Source: a virus
Direction: 5' to 3' (one strand)
Virus record (IMG/VR): IMGVR_UViG_3300021420_000018
Location: 32,001 to 96,000 of that record
DNA: 64,000 nucleotides
Positions 29,244 through 39,398 of the stretch are shown piece by piece (the first letter of the stretch is position 1; each line of letters begins with the position of its first letter). Below the pieces are notes generated by a model. It made no database searches and had not been told where the DNA came from. It saw only the letters and a program-made list of their open reading frames with translations. The translations under genes were made by a program, and so were the position numbers.

Positions 29244-29693
29244 TCACAGCCGGATCGCCCTCCGCGACTTGAGCTGTGCCAGTTCGGCTTGCAGTTCATT
29301 GACTCTTGCCCTTGCGCCAGGCTCCGGTGGCATTCCTGGTCCTGCTATGACCGGCAGTCTGCCGATAAGTTCGACCCTCAGCTGGTCGATCCTGTTCTGC
29401 ATAAGCTGAAGGTCTTGGCGGGTTCGTAGATCGGCAAGCCTGCGCAGTGCCGGCTTGTCGATGTAGACCGCAAAGTATTCGGCATACTGCGCCGGCAGCC
29501 GGTCGCTGAAACGTCTCCTGTGAACATTGGCGGCAGCCGCGGCCTTTACTCGCGATCCGCGGCCGCGAGCCAGGATGCGCGTACCTTTGACGGCGTAAGC
29601 GCGAAGCTGCTTGAGGAAGGCGTTGCCTTCAGGTGTGTTGGGGACCCGAAGCAATGTGGCGATGGTTGGATCGTTCAGACCTGGTTTAGCCAC
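29244..29693 (-). CDS. Hypothetical protein ending in RRAIRL
   Basis: Operonic; C-terminal tag. Confidence 0.6.
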   Translation of the reverse strand: MAKPGLNDPTIATLLRVPNTPEGNAFLKQLRAYAVKGTRILARGRGSRVKAAAAANVHRRRFSDRLPAQYAEYFAVYIDKPALRRLADLRTRQDLQLMQNRIDQLRVELIGRLPVIAGPGMPPEPGARARVNELQAELAQLKSRRAIRL

Positions 29694-30209
29694 GGCGCTT
29701 CTCTTTGGCTAGCTGCTGTATTTTGTAGGCAGTTAGTACCGTGGCCGCGTACAGACCGGCCAGCATCTCGAATGGATCGGAACTGGCTGCAGAAGCCGCC
29801 CTCGCTGCGGAGTGGCTCACCCTTGCGACCACGCGCTTGCGCTTCCAAGGGCCAAGTGAGACGTCCAGGTGTTCGAGCGCGAAACTGTGTAACTGGCTCA
29901 GCCAAAGATCAATCTCGTCAGGTTTTGTTTTCGGCATTTCGCTCCTTTATTTTCATTTGGTCCTCTTGAGAAACGTGTTGAGAAATGTGCTGCCCACGAT
30001 GATCTTGGTGCCGGCCGGGACCGTCATGATGACTTCCACTGGTTGAGGTGGCCCCGCCTGCACTATTTGTGCGTCGGTATCGGCTTCCAGGCAGACACCG
30101 ACTTGGCAGTTGACCGAAGGTTGGTCCGGCGAGACCACGAGCTGCACGTGGCCTCGCGAACACACGTATGGCGTTACCCTGAACCGCATGCGCTCTCGTT
30201 TCATGGGAC

Positions 30210-31700
30210 CTACTTTTTGGGCTTGGCTTCCTTGGCCTTTGGCTTGATCTGTTTCTCTTTGGCCAGCTTCGCGATCTCGGCCAGCGAAACATCTTCAGCC
30301 TTGGCCTTGGCTTCGAGCAGTGTAGCCTTTGGCGTGCTGCTGGTGGAGAACCAGAGCTCGCTGTCGGCCAGCATGAGCAAACACATCCATTGCTCGACGC
30401 CATCGGCATTCAGTTTGGCGAGATTCTTCTCAATGGTTCCTTGGAAGTCTTTGCCGCCGTACTTACTGCTGGTGGGCTCCCAGGCCAGGGCATCGCAAAC
30501 AGCTTTGGCGTGATCGTGGCTGAGAGTTCGGATTTGCCAGTCGAGGATCGCTCGATAATCCTTTTCGCTAACCTTGATGGGGTCCGACGCAAGTTCCTTG
30601 AAGATGAGCCCGCGGCGCCGCAGCTCCAGCCGGCGTGATTTGATCTTGACGTTTTGCTCTTTGCGCCAGGCACTGTTGCTGCTGCCACCGTCTGAAACGT
30701 AGCGATGCGTCTTGCATTTCGGATTGACGCAGACCGTGAGCACGTCTCCGACTTTGGCTGTTCTGCCACCCGCCCAATCGCCGTAGTAATCCAGCTTTTG
30801 AACGATGATGCCTTGCTTGAGATTGGCGCAGTTTTTATCTTTGGCCGGCGTCCACTCGGTCGTGGCTATCGGCTTCTCACCATAGGAACTGCCCAACGTG
30901 AGTTTGATCGCATCCGGAAACTTCGCGACCTGAATCGCTACCAGGGCCTCGACCTTCGAGTCGTAGCAAGTTGGATCGGTGCACGTATCGTTTCCCTTGA
31001 TGTCGGCGAACAGCAACTTGTTCGCTCCGGTCCGCTTCGGACACGCAAGGCACGATCCGGCTGAAGGCTCCAACTTCGCGTCCTTGGTATCGAACGGCGC
31101 CTCGGCCAAGTTCAGAAAGAAGTGACGCTCGATTGAATCGGCCAAGCTGTGCGCGCTGTCGCCGCGCTTGAGATAGTCTAAACATTCCTTCTGCTGTTCC
31201 GGTTGCAACCTGCAGACCTGGAGCGCGTGCGCCTGGCTGATCTTCAGTTCGCGGAACAGCTTCTTGACCGGCTCAATCAGTGCGCAGAACTTCAAGCGTA
31301 TCTGCACGTGCCGATCGCTCTTACCGGTCTTGGTGGCCAGTTGATCGATGGAGTAACCGAAGTCTTTCTGGAGCCGCTGATAGGTTTCTGCTTCGTCGAG
31401 CGGATGGAGATCATCCCGATGCATGTTCTCGATCAGTTGAATCTCGAAAGCTTCCGAGTCCGTCAGCGTTTTGACAATACACGGCACTTCCTTTAGGCCG
31501 GCAGCTTTGGCACCGCGATAGCGGCGCGAGCCAGCGACGATCAGGAAACCGTCATTATTGGAACGAACGAGCAACGGCTCCAGGATGCCTTTCTCTTTGA
31601 TCGATTCGGTTAGTTCTTTGAGGCTGTCCTTGTCGAACGTGGTCCGGGGGTTGGTGCTTTCGTGTAATAAAACTAGTTCGATATTTTGAATCTCCAGCAT
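30210..31700 (-). CDS. ParB/RepB/Spo0J family protein
   Basis: NPRTTF...GILEPLLVR...IVAGSRRYRGA...IENMHRDDLHPLDEA, plus HTH. Confidence 0.92.
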   Translation of the reverse strand: MLEIQNIELVLLHESTNPRTTFDKDSLKELTESIKEKGILEPLLVRSNNDGFLIVAGSRRYRGAKAAGLKEVPCIVKTLTDSEAFEIQLIENMHRDDLHPLDEAETYQRLQKDFGYSIDQLATKTGKSDRHVQIRLKFCALIEPVKKLFRELKISQAHALQVCRLQPEQQKECLDYLKRGDSAHSLADSIERHFFLNLAEAPFDTKDAKLEPSAGSCLACPKRTGANKLLFADIKGNDTCTDPTCYDSKVEALVAIQVAKFPDAIKLTLGSSYGEKPIATTEWTPAKDKNCANLKQGIIVQKLDYYGDWAGGRTAKVGDVLTVCVNPKCKTHRYVSDGGSSNSAWRKEQNVKIKSRRLELRRRGLIFKELASDPIKVSEKDYRAILDWQIRTLSHDHAKAVCDALAWEPTSSKYGGKDFQGTIEKNLAKLNADGVEQWMCLLMLADSELWFSTSSTPKATLLEAKAKAEDVSLAEIAKLAKEKQIKPKAKEAKPKK

Positions 31701-31726
31701 TTTTTTGATTCTCCCTTTTTGTGAAG

Positions 31727-32410
31727 TTACAGATGAGACCAGTTCTTGCGATGCAAGATGTAGGAAATTCTAGACCGTGAAACTCTAAATCGTTCAGCAA
31801 TGAGTCGGTGATTGTGGCCAGATGCGGCTAATTGCCTAATTTGCAAAACTTGATTTTCAGTTAGTTTGGCGTGACCGTTCTTGACGCCACGCGCGCGAGT
31901 GCCGTGGCGTAATTGATCAGCAGCGTTCTCTTTTGGAGTGCCCCACTTCAGATTCGATAACTTGTTATTGCCTGCATTGTTGTCGTCGTGAAGAGATTCC
32001 AGCCCTGGCGGACACGGGCCGACGAACGCGGTTAAAACTAGGACATGAACGTATTTCTTAGTTTCCTTTCTGTCTGCGGTCCAAAGAGAGACTCGCAAAT
32101 GGCCCGTGCGATTTGAACGCCACGGCTTTAGAAATCTCCCGAACCTGTGCGAGTTCCTGAACGATGCATATATAGCGCGGACGCGGCCCAAGCTGCTAAC
32201 TTCGTAGCGATCGGCGAAACCGGGAACCGGACGCCATTCCTCTTCTGGAATGACGTTGTTAACGTCAGTGATTACAGCAAGGGCCTTTTCTAACGGCCAG
32301 CCAGCATCTATGCGTTTCCAAAGAGTAGCCGGTTTGATCCCTACCTTACGCGCCCATGCCGTAATGGATAGCGACGTGTCCAGGAAAGTTATCGATCTCT
32401 TCTTAGGCAT
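31727..32410 (-). CDS. NUMOD4-HNH homing endonuclease
   Basis: EEWRPVPGFADRYEVSSLGRVR; VHVLVLTAFVGPCP...HDDNN..NN.LSNLKWGTPKEN. Confidence 0.92.
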   Translation of the reverse strand: MPKKRSITFLDTSLSITAWARKVGIKPATLWKRIDAGWPLEKALAVITDVNNVIPEEEWRPVPGFADRYEVSSLGRVRAIYASFRNSHRFGRFLKPWRSNRTGHLRVSLWTADRKETKKYVHVLVLTAFVGPCPPGLESLHDDNNAGNNKLSNLKWGTPKENAADQLRHGTRARGVKNGHAKLTENQVLQIRQLAASGHNHRLIAERFRVSRSRISYILHRKNWSHL

Positions 32411-32861
32411 CGTATTTCCTTTGAATCGCTACAACCTTCTCATTCAGTTCCTTGAACTCTGCTTCGGTTATCCAGCGCGGCGACGGCAAACAACCATGGG
32501 GGCAACGAAGCCATTCGTTATCGACGCAGCCAAAGCATCGGCAAACTAGCGGTCTTATCGCATATGCCATGCAGGAGCCCATCTCACTAAGAAAAACACA
32601 GCGCAAGTCCTCCCGACTAGAGGGCGCAAGACCGATAAAATGCTGCCGTATGAACTCCTGATCAGGAAGGTGTGGGCGTTCACTAGGTTCAAATATCGTT
32701 ACCAACTCGAGCCACCCGCGCTTGTCCTCGAGCCGCTGTGCTTCGATCTTCGGAATCAGGATAGGACCGCAGTAATCGAAACACTTCCGCTGACACTGGA
32801 CCTGCGGCAGGGTTGCGTAGAGTGCTTCCAGTTCTGCGTATTTGCTAGCGGATTCTGTCAT
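32403..32861 (-). CDS. YkgJ-like cysteine-cluster protein
   Basis: CQRKCFDYCG...CVFL...CMAYAIRPLVCR. Confidence 0.8.
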   Translation of the reverse strand: MTESASKYAELEALYATLPQVQCQRKCFDYCGPILIPKIEAQRLEDKRGWLELVTIFEPSERPHLPDQEFIRQHFIGLAPSSREDLRCVFLSEMGSCMAYAIRPLVCRCFGCVDNEWLRCPHGCLPSPRWITEAEFKELNEKVVAIQRKYDA

Positions 32862-33235
32862 CGAGTATAAACTCCAGTATCTTGATTTTGCGCCGCGTCT
32901 CCACTATCTGACGTTCTAGCAATTCCTTTTCGACGAATGCCTTGTTGCGGCAGTCGGCACACGCCACATGATCGTGATTATCGGTCGCGCCAAAGGCTCG
33001 TCCACAGATTGGACAACTCATAGTTGTGAAGGCTTGCTCGGCCGCGGCTTCCAAAGCCGGTCTTTCGCAGCCCGAATCTCCTTTCCTAGTTTTATGTCGC
33101 ACCAGTACGTCGTAGGCGCAAACAAGCCGGCCTTTTTCATGGCCTTGATGATTTCGTACTCCATCTCGGACAGGATTGACCGGTGTCCGACGAGCCAATC
33201 AACGCGCTGCTTAAACGTGGACCGCTTCTCGCGGC

Positions 33236-33865
33236 TCATAGTCCGAACCTTTCGAGCGCCTTGTAAACTCTCGGCACCGGACGATGTTCGTTCACGATAT
33301 CCACAAACCAGCGGAGTTTCTTGTATTCCTTGCTTGGAGTGTAGGCGTCGATGATCGTGAAAAAAAGAAACACGTCCATATCCTTGATCGACAGAACGTT
33401 ATTCAGCCTGCTCTGCTTGACGCGGCCCTTTTCCTCGAACCCTTTCCAGATGGCCCAGTTCTCATCGTGGTACTGCACCATATTGAGCAAGTCATTTCTC
33501 TGCGCCGGCTCGACCAGGGTTTCGTCAAGGAACTCAGCCAAGAATCTCTTGGCGAGCGTGGCGTGGCTTTCATTCCCCGCGATCGGTGAGTCTCGCTTCG
33601 CCCAAAGTTTCATGGTGTCGTGCGTGTGGACCAGGATGCGCAGCTTCCAATACTCCACTTCCGAGAGAAGCGGATGCAACATCATCAGGTTATTTTCAAG
33701 ATCGATAATGTGGAGCTCGACTGTGCCTTCGGCGTGGCCGGTTCGCGGCTTCCCGTATTTCACTCCCTCGGTGTACCGAGGATCGGCGGTGATCTTTTCG
33801 TAGATCGTTTGCAGCTTCTGGACGTCCCAATAGACCTTATAGAACTCCGGTGAGTTTGCGATCAT
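33236..33865 (-). CDS. HD-domain-like phosphohydrolase
   Basis: GHAEGTV..H...HTHD.MK...H...HD...D spacing. Confidence 0.6.
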   Translation of the reverse strand: MIANSPEFYKVYWDVQKLQTIYEKITADPRYTEGVKYGKPRTGHAEGTVELHIIDLENNLMMLHPLLSEVEYWKLRILVHTHDTMKLWAKRDSPIAGNESHATLAKRFLAEFLDETLVEPAQRNDLLNMVQYHDENWAIWKGFEEKGRVKQSRLNNVLSIKDMDVFLFFTIIDAYTPSKEYKKLRWFVDIVNEHRPVPRVYKALERFGL

Positions 33866-34722
33866 TGCACGCCCTCGTACTTGTTGGCGATGATGTTGAA
33901 CGGACCGAAACAGGCAATCAGCGCGGTTTCGTCATGGCGTTCCATGAAGTGGTTCGCTTCATCCACTGTGTCGGTGATGGCGCGAACCAGGAACCGCTTG
34001 CCCATGCTGTAAATCCAGAGCTGCTCTCCGCCTTTCTTAGCTTTGTGAATCACACCACACCTCGTTTCTGCGCGTTCGTTTGCCAGCGTTCTTCCAAGTG
34101 GAAATGGATTGGGATGGTGGTGCCGCCGCTGTCGTAGTACCGGATGAACTCGCGGACGGTGGGAGAAGTTTCAGCTACGTGCTCGCCGTTGTCTTGCCAG
34201 ACGATCTCATCTTCGTAGACTTCCGGAGAAGGCAGGCCGGCGCGCTTCATGGCCAGGGCAATCGGGCACGCGCAAGGATCGCCTGGTTTGCCGTTGGCGA
34301 TATCGGACATCGTCACCCAAACGGTTACGTGGATCATGTTTGGCTCGGCCGCTGTTCCTTGAGCGGCTTTGGTTGCATCGGGGGATCGGTCGGATCAATC
34401 TGCCTGCGCTTTTGCTCCCACTCTCGGATGAGCTCTGGATCGCCGCACCCTCTGAAAAACACAATCGCCAAAAGCAAAACCTGTCGGCGTGTCATCGCCA
34501 GAGATCGTCCCACATTAGCCAGACGAAAAAGATCACGATGAAGGACCCGAACACTAAGGCTCCAAACGACGCCTTCAAAACTTCAAGGTGCTCTGGTGTC
34601 ATTTTTTGATTCTCCCTTGTTATTTGAAGCGGGGAGGTCCGTAGAGTCTCCCCGCCCATTGTGGCCGCCACCAACATTTCGACTCTGGGCTCCAAGGGCT
34701 ATATGGCGGTCACAAAGATCAA

Positions 34723-35271
34723 TCAGTTGATCGTGCTATCCGTAACCGTTCCGCTTCCGCCTTGGAGCGTATCGGTGTAGTACGTGGTGCAGCGACCATA
34801 GCGGCACGCCGTATGCGACGTGCGAACGTAAGTCGCTGTCACGCTGAAGCCATCCAGGCGATTGTTGCTGTTCTCGTAAGTTCCCCATTCGCCAGTGAAG
34901 TAAGGGCAGGTTGTGCTTCCCGAAACTGTGAACGTGTCTCCTGTGTGGGTGCCGTTGCCGATAGTCCATACTTTCTGTCCGAAGGCAATCGGGTTGCACG
35001 GCGAGAGATAGCCGTTGTTCAGATAACCAAGCTGGAACGGAACGTCGATGGCCGATCCGTATCCGCTGCCGAAGCTGGAGTTGAGGCTGACGGCTCCCAT
35101 TTCGTAAGGGTACGGAGGATTTGCCGGATCGCTTCCATCCCAAGAAGTGATTTGGGAGTTGGCGTTGAACACAAAAGTGTTAGACAACGACACCGTCTGG
35201 GCCTTTGCCTGGTTTGTTACGAACAACAGCACTGCCAGAATCGGAAAGATGAATCGCCTTACCATTTGCAT
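34723..35271 (-). CDS. Secreted hypothetical protein
   Basis: Signal peptide (..LAVLLFVTNQAKA); Ser/Thr/Gly-rich. Confidence 0.65.
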   Translation of the reverse strand: MQMVRRFIFPILAVLLFVTNQAKAQTVSLSNTFVFNANSQITSWDGSDPANPPYPYEMGAVSLNSSFGSGYGSAIDVPFQLGYLNNGYLSPCNPIAFGQKVWTIGNGTHTGDTFTVSGSTTCPYFTGEWGTYENSNNRLDGFSVTATYVRTSHTACRYGRCTTYYTDTLQGGSGTVTDSTIN

Positions 35272-35393
35272 TGTCGATCTCCTTTTTTTTGATTTGTGAT
35301 TTGATATTTGGCGGCGGTCACCCCGGGCCTTTTATTCGCTTGTGTCCTGGCAACCGCCGCCCTATTCAGCCGCTGTGCCGGTCGGCACTGCGG

Positions 35394-36188
35394 CTAAACT
35401 CTTCGGCCGAACATACTTGTGGCCGATCGCACTGCGTCGCGATATTGGTCGTACTGCTTCGGATACTCGCGCACCAATCTGCCGTCCAGCTCGACTCCCA
35501 TCTCGGTTCGGACGTTTGCGCTCTGCTTGAAGAAGCGGGCCACTTTGCGGCGCGTGCACGCGGCGAACATTTCGCGGACCCAGGTGTGATCCATGGGCCG
35601 GAAGTTTTTCGTGTTGTTGCCAGACTCGCCGCCGATGATGCACCAGTGGTAGCCAACGAGGGCTGGCTCAAACTCTGGCATGAGATTTTCCAATAGCGGC
35701 TCGGCCGAAATGAATCGGACGTAGGCGGGAACTTCGCGCAAAGCATCCAGAGCACGCAGATGTTTCTTCATGCCGATGCTTGTTCCTAGCCACACGTTCT
35801 TGTAGTTGGAGCCCCCGGCCCAGTCGGCCGGCAGTCGCGCCGTTATCAGATTCGGCCGCTTCGTCAGCACTTGATAGATCATGTTTGGAGTGCGGCGAAT
35901 GATGCTCCAGATCGCCGGACGCCACTCATCGGCATCCTGAATAAAGAAGTCGGAAAGCGAGCACGTGAACACAAGATCGCAGCGCCCTTCTCGTTCGGCT
36001 TCCTTCTGCCAGCGAATCGGGTCGTTCCAAGTCTTTGAGCGGACTACGGTATCGAATGCACCCTTGCCGCGCGTGCGGTTAATCATCGCCCTGGCATAGC
36101 AGTTGTCGCAGCACTCATTCACGTCGCGGCAGCCGATCCAGGGATTCCACGTTCTACCAGCCCAACTTATTTTTGTGGTCTCACCCAA
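35394..36188 (-). CDS. Phage Gp37/Gp68 (DUF5131) radical-SAM-like protein
   Basis: TKISW...TWNPWIGC..V...CDNCYA; FTCSLSDFF; LTKRP; RFISAEPLL; WCIIGGESG; FFKQ. Confidence 0.93.
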   Translation of the reverse strand: MGETTKISWAGRTWNPWIGCRDVNECCDNCYARAMINRTRGKGAFDTVVRSKTWNDPIRWQKEAEREGRCDLVFTCSLSDFFIQDADEWRPAIWSIIRRTPNMIYQVLTKRPNLITARLPADWAGGSNYKNVWLGTSIGMKKHLRALDALREVPAYVRFISAEPLLENLMPEFEPALVGYHWCIIGGESGNNTKNFRPMDHTWVREMFAACTRRKVARFFKQSANVRTEMGVELDGRLVREYPKQYDQYRDAVRSATSMFGRRV

Positions 36189-36721
36189 GGTTTTTCTCCT
36201 CTCCTGATATAAGACACAGCGCTCTTTCCGACGCCAAATCGCACCGCTATGTCTCGTTGCGTTCCGCTCGCTTTGCGAATCTTTGCTTTAAGTGCTTCGG
36301 AAATCCATGCGGGATGATGTTTAGGACCGGTCCCAGGACGTTTTAAGCCAGCTACAGATCTTCCCTTGTTGCGCATGTCGTCCATGTTGTCTTGTTGGGT
36401 TCCAGCAAACAAGTGACCAGGATTGCAGCATGGCTTATTGTCGCAGTGGTGAAGAACAAAGCCTCGTCCCGGGTCACCTTTGGTGAGCATGAAAGCTAAA
36501 ACATGCGCGCCGATAGTTTTGCCGTGGTGTAGCTCAAACTGCCCATAGCCATTAGGATAAAATGACGCTTGCCACGGCCAGCATTCTTCAGGACTTCCAA
36601 TCTTTACCTTCTGCCAAAATCTGTCGATGATCGGCAGCGCCGGACAATCGTGCCCCTTGGCAGATAGTATCCTTCCGCAGCGGTCACAGTATTTAGTCCA
36701 CGGTCGCGGATCGCACGACAT
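36167..36721 (-). CDS. HNH homing endonuclease
   Basis: RFWQKV...CWPW...GYG...AH...VLHHCDNKPCCNPGHLFAGTQQDN. Confidence 0.93.
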   Translation of the reverse strand: MSCDPRPWTKYCDRCGRILSAKGHDCPALPIIDRFWQKVKIGSPEECWPWQASFYPNGYGQFELHHGKTIGAHVLAFMLTKGDPGRGFVLHHCDNKPCCNPGHLFAGTQQDNMDDMRNKGRSVAGLKRPGTGPKHHPAWISEALKAKIRKASGTQRDIAVRFGVGKSAVSYIRRGEKPWVRPQK

Positions 36722-36730
36722 CGTGTTCGT

Positions 36731-36759
36731 ATGTTAGCTTGGCGGCCACGATATGTCAA
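36731..36759 (-). promoter_or_regulatory. Promoter TTGACA-17-TAACAT
   Basis: 9 nt upstream of the HNH ATG; spacer shares the conserved motif. Confidence 0.7.
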
Positions 36760-36955
36760 TAAGTTTCACTTTGATTCTCCCTTTATCGGAAAGTACAGCA
36801 ACGTCGGGGTCTTTTGAGCGCGCATCACGGCCGACCCGGAACGGATCCAGCGAAGCGGAGGCGGATTGTGCTCAAACGGCTCGAAGACTACCAGGCTCGT
36901 TATGCACGCATCGCCTATCCAAAACCGTCGTAGCATTGCTTGTGCAAGTGGGCAG

Positions 36956-37621
36956 TTAAGCGACAGCATGTGCCTCCGTTGGCGCGACGAGCAAGCCATA
37001 GTAATCCACTCGGCGAAGTTTGATCTGGTAGCCTTTGGCTATCTTCGCCGTTGGACAGTGCTGAAGCAGTTGTGCGCGATCGCCGTATTCCATAAGTTCC
37101 ACTTTTCCTGGAACGTCCCACTCTTCAGGGATGCCCATCACGGTCTTGGCCAGCTTTGATATCGGCATCCTGCCGGCGCCGTAGGTCACGCGGCCTCTGG
37201 TCAGGAACACTGCGGTTGGCACCCGGATCCGAAATAGCACAGCTTGCCAGATGGCAAATGGGTCGCCAAAGCAGTCGATGTCGATCACGTTGTAGCGGCT
37301 TAACCCGCCATCTTCATCGAGTGCCGCGATCAGCCGCGGCGTTATCTTGAATCGGATCTGCCCGGGCTGCCTGGCTACCGAATCGATTGGTGTGTAGCTC
37401 TCCACGTTCAAGGGCGGCGGCGCGTTCTTCAGCTTGGATTGACGCCGGAGCTCGGTCCAGATTTTCCCTTCACCGGCGTAGAGATCGAGCACTCGTAGCG
37501 GCTCAAGTCCACCCTCTCGGATCACCTTGCGCCGGATGGCTGTCTTGTCATCCAGGCTCTGGTTGTCGGTCTTGAGTTTTAGTTTTGGCGATGGGAGCAG
37601 CGTCATGTTCTTCTCCTTCAC
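36956..37621 (-). CDS. SAM-dependent methyltransferase-like protein
   Basis: LRVLDLYAGEG (motif I) and YNVIDIDCFGDP. Confidence 0.6.
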   Translation of the reverse strand: MKEKNMTLLPSPKLKLKTDNQSLDDKTAIRRKVIREGGLEPLRVLDLYAGEGKIWTELRRQSKLKNAPPPLNVESYTPIDSVARQPGQIRFKITPRLIAALDEDGGLSRYNVIDIDCFGDPFAIWQAVLFRIRVPTAVFLTRGRVTYGAGRMPISKLAKTVMGIPEEWDVPGKVELMEYGDRAQLLQHCPTAKIAKGYQIKLRRVDYYGLLVAPTEAHAVA

Positions 37622-37992
37622 GCGGCCTTGCTTGGCTTTTGTAGTCCGAGTTCCTTGAGCATCTTGATGCGCGCAAGGTATCTCAGAATCTTCGGGCCGG
37701 GAGACATCGCGCCTTTGAGCACTTTATTGACGTAGGAAGAACTGCAGCCAATCTCCTTGGCGAAGTCGTCTTGATCGCGAGTGCCCTGGCGTTCCAGGAG
37801 CACCTTGACGATCTTGGGCCATTTACTCTTGGGCACGGCGTTTTTGACACGATTGGATTTTCCTACTGCCATGCGAGACCACTCCGACCTTTGTTTGGGG
37901 CCGTACTTTTTGGCGCGAGCCCGGCCCCCTTTGGCACCTACTTCCTTGAAGAACTCCTTCATGATTTCTGATTTACTTTTTTCGGCTGACAC
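37618..37992 (-). CDS. XRE-type HTH regulator with basic N-terminal motif
   Basis: GAKGGRARAKK...QRSEWSR; QDDFAKEIGCSSSYVNKVLKG. Confidence 0.75.
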   Translation of the reverse strand: MSAEKSKSEIMKEFFKEVGAKGGRARAKKYGPKQRSEWSRMAVGKSNRVKNAVPKSKWPKIVKVLLERQGTRDQDDFAKEIGCSSSYVNKVLKGAMSPGPKILRYLARIKMLKELGLQKPSKAA

Positions 37993-38034
37993 GTTTTAGC
38001 TCCTTCAGCACATTATATACCGTAGCCGCTAACG

Positions 38035-38913
38035 TTACTTGCTATTTTTCAGTTCGGCTGCGATCTTGCGTCTGATTGTTTTCCACGCCTTTTGTGCGCG
38101 GTGCTGACCGATCGTTCTCACGCCGCCGCATGGCTGACAAATCGACCGGAATGGTAACTCGCACATGGGGTCCGGATGCTTCCACGGCTGCTTGCACGTC
38201 GGACAGGAGTGGGTATGGTTTTCGACGATCTTGATATCCTCGGACGGCAGATCATCGCGGTCGGTGCCGATCATAAGTTCCACTTCCATCTTGTTGAGGG
38301 CGTCGCGCACGTTATAGCTCGACGCCTTGGCGATAGCTTCAAAGTCCAACGGATAACGGCCACCTTCTTTCTTGTAAATCCTGCGCAGATAATCCTCGAT
38401 CTCGCCTTCGAGAGTGTCCTTGTCGAACACCAGGACGCGACATCGCGAAAGGAACCGGCCCTCGAATGCGGTGATGGAGTTACACGTGAAGAACCACACC
38501 GTCTTTGGAAGCATGGCTGTCGAATCCAGCTTCGATAGCAGCGAGTGTTGAGCGGCCAAAGTAATCTGATCCGCTTCGTCGCAGATCACGACGTGGTACG
38601 GCGCCGGCAGCCCTGTTGTGAAGTTGAAAGCCGCGAAGTGGCACATGTAGGCGACCTTCTCCACGGCCTCCAGGTCGCAGCTTTTCGATGGAATCGAATG
38701 CACTTCGGCTTTCAGTTCTTCGGCAATGGCCATAGCCATCGTTGTTTTGCCGCACCCACTCGGGCCCACAAACAGCCACGCGGACTCGAATGGCCGTTTG
38801 ATGAAGGCTTCGAGAATCTTCCGCGGCTTATTCAAGCCGACGAACGAAGCCAAGCTGCGGGGGCGGTACTTCTCCGTTAGAGACTGCGGAAATGCGATTT
38901 TGGATTGGCTCAC
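38035..38913 (-). CDS. Clamp-loader/RarA-like AAA+ ATPase
   Basis: EKYRP; GPSGCGKTT; VVICDEAD; SRC; NVRDALN. Confidence 0.88.
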   Translation of the reverse strand: MSQSKIAFPQSLTEKYRPRSLASFVGLNKPRKILEAFIKRPFESAWLFVGPSGCGKTTMAMAIAEELKAEVHSIPSKSCDLEAVEKVAYMCHFAAFNFTTGLPAPYHVVICDEADQITLAAQHSLLSKLDSTAMLPKTVWFFTCNSITAFEGRFLSRCRVLVFDKDTLEGEIEDYLRRIYKKEGGRYPLDFEAIAKASSYNVRDALNKMEVELMIGTDRDDLPSEDIKIVENHTHSCPTCKQPWKHPDPMCELPFRSICQPCGGVRTIGQHRAQKAWKTIRRKIAAELKNSK

Positions 38914-39172
38914 TGGCGATTGATTCTCCCTTTCTTGAAGTTGAAGTCATACTCCTGTTCAAAATGCTGCTTAGGCTCACCTGGGGATCGCCGAGTGCCC
39001 ATAACACTAGCTTGACGATCGAATCTACACCTACCTTGCGGTAGATATTGGTGCGGTGAGTTTCCACTGTTTTTTCTGAGATATTCAGATGAGCGGCTAT
39101 CTCTTTGTTGACCTTGGCCTCACATAACAGCTTGATGATTTCCATTTCGCGGGTACTAAGGTCTAGCGTCAT
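38828..39172 (-). CDS. LuxR-type HTH regulator
   Basis: LSTREMEII...NKEIAAHLNISEKTVETHRTNIYRK. Confidence 0.9.
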   Translation of the reverse strand: MTLDLSTREMEIIKLLCEAKVNKEIAAHLNISEKTVETHRTNIYRKVGVDSIVKLVLWALGDPQVSLSSILNRSMTSTSRKGESIASEPIQNRISAVSNGEVPPPQLGFVRRLE

Positions 39173-39178
39173 TTTGTA

Positions 39179-39394
39179 TTACTCCAGGTGAATGAGACGC
39201 CTTGGTCGCACTTCCAGTTCCGCGACTCTTCGGCGCAGTGCTTCGATCTCTTCGTTAGCCAGCGCTTTTTCGTGCATCTTGACGCGGCGTTCCCAGTTCT
39301 TTAGCGACGTATTGAGACGGCGAATGCGCTTGAGCGTGGCCTTGACCATCTCTTGGGCCTCGGCCAGCTTGCGCTTACGTTTCTCGGTGTCCAC
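39179..39394 (-). CDS. Small coiled-coil protein ending in PRRLIHLE
   Basis: Operonic; C-terminal tag. Confidence 0.6.
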   Translation of the reverse strand: MDTEKRKRKLAEAQEMVKATLKRIRRLNTSLKNWERRVKMHEKALANEEIEALRRRVAELEVRPRRLIHLE

Positions 39395-39398
39395 GGCT

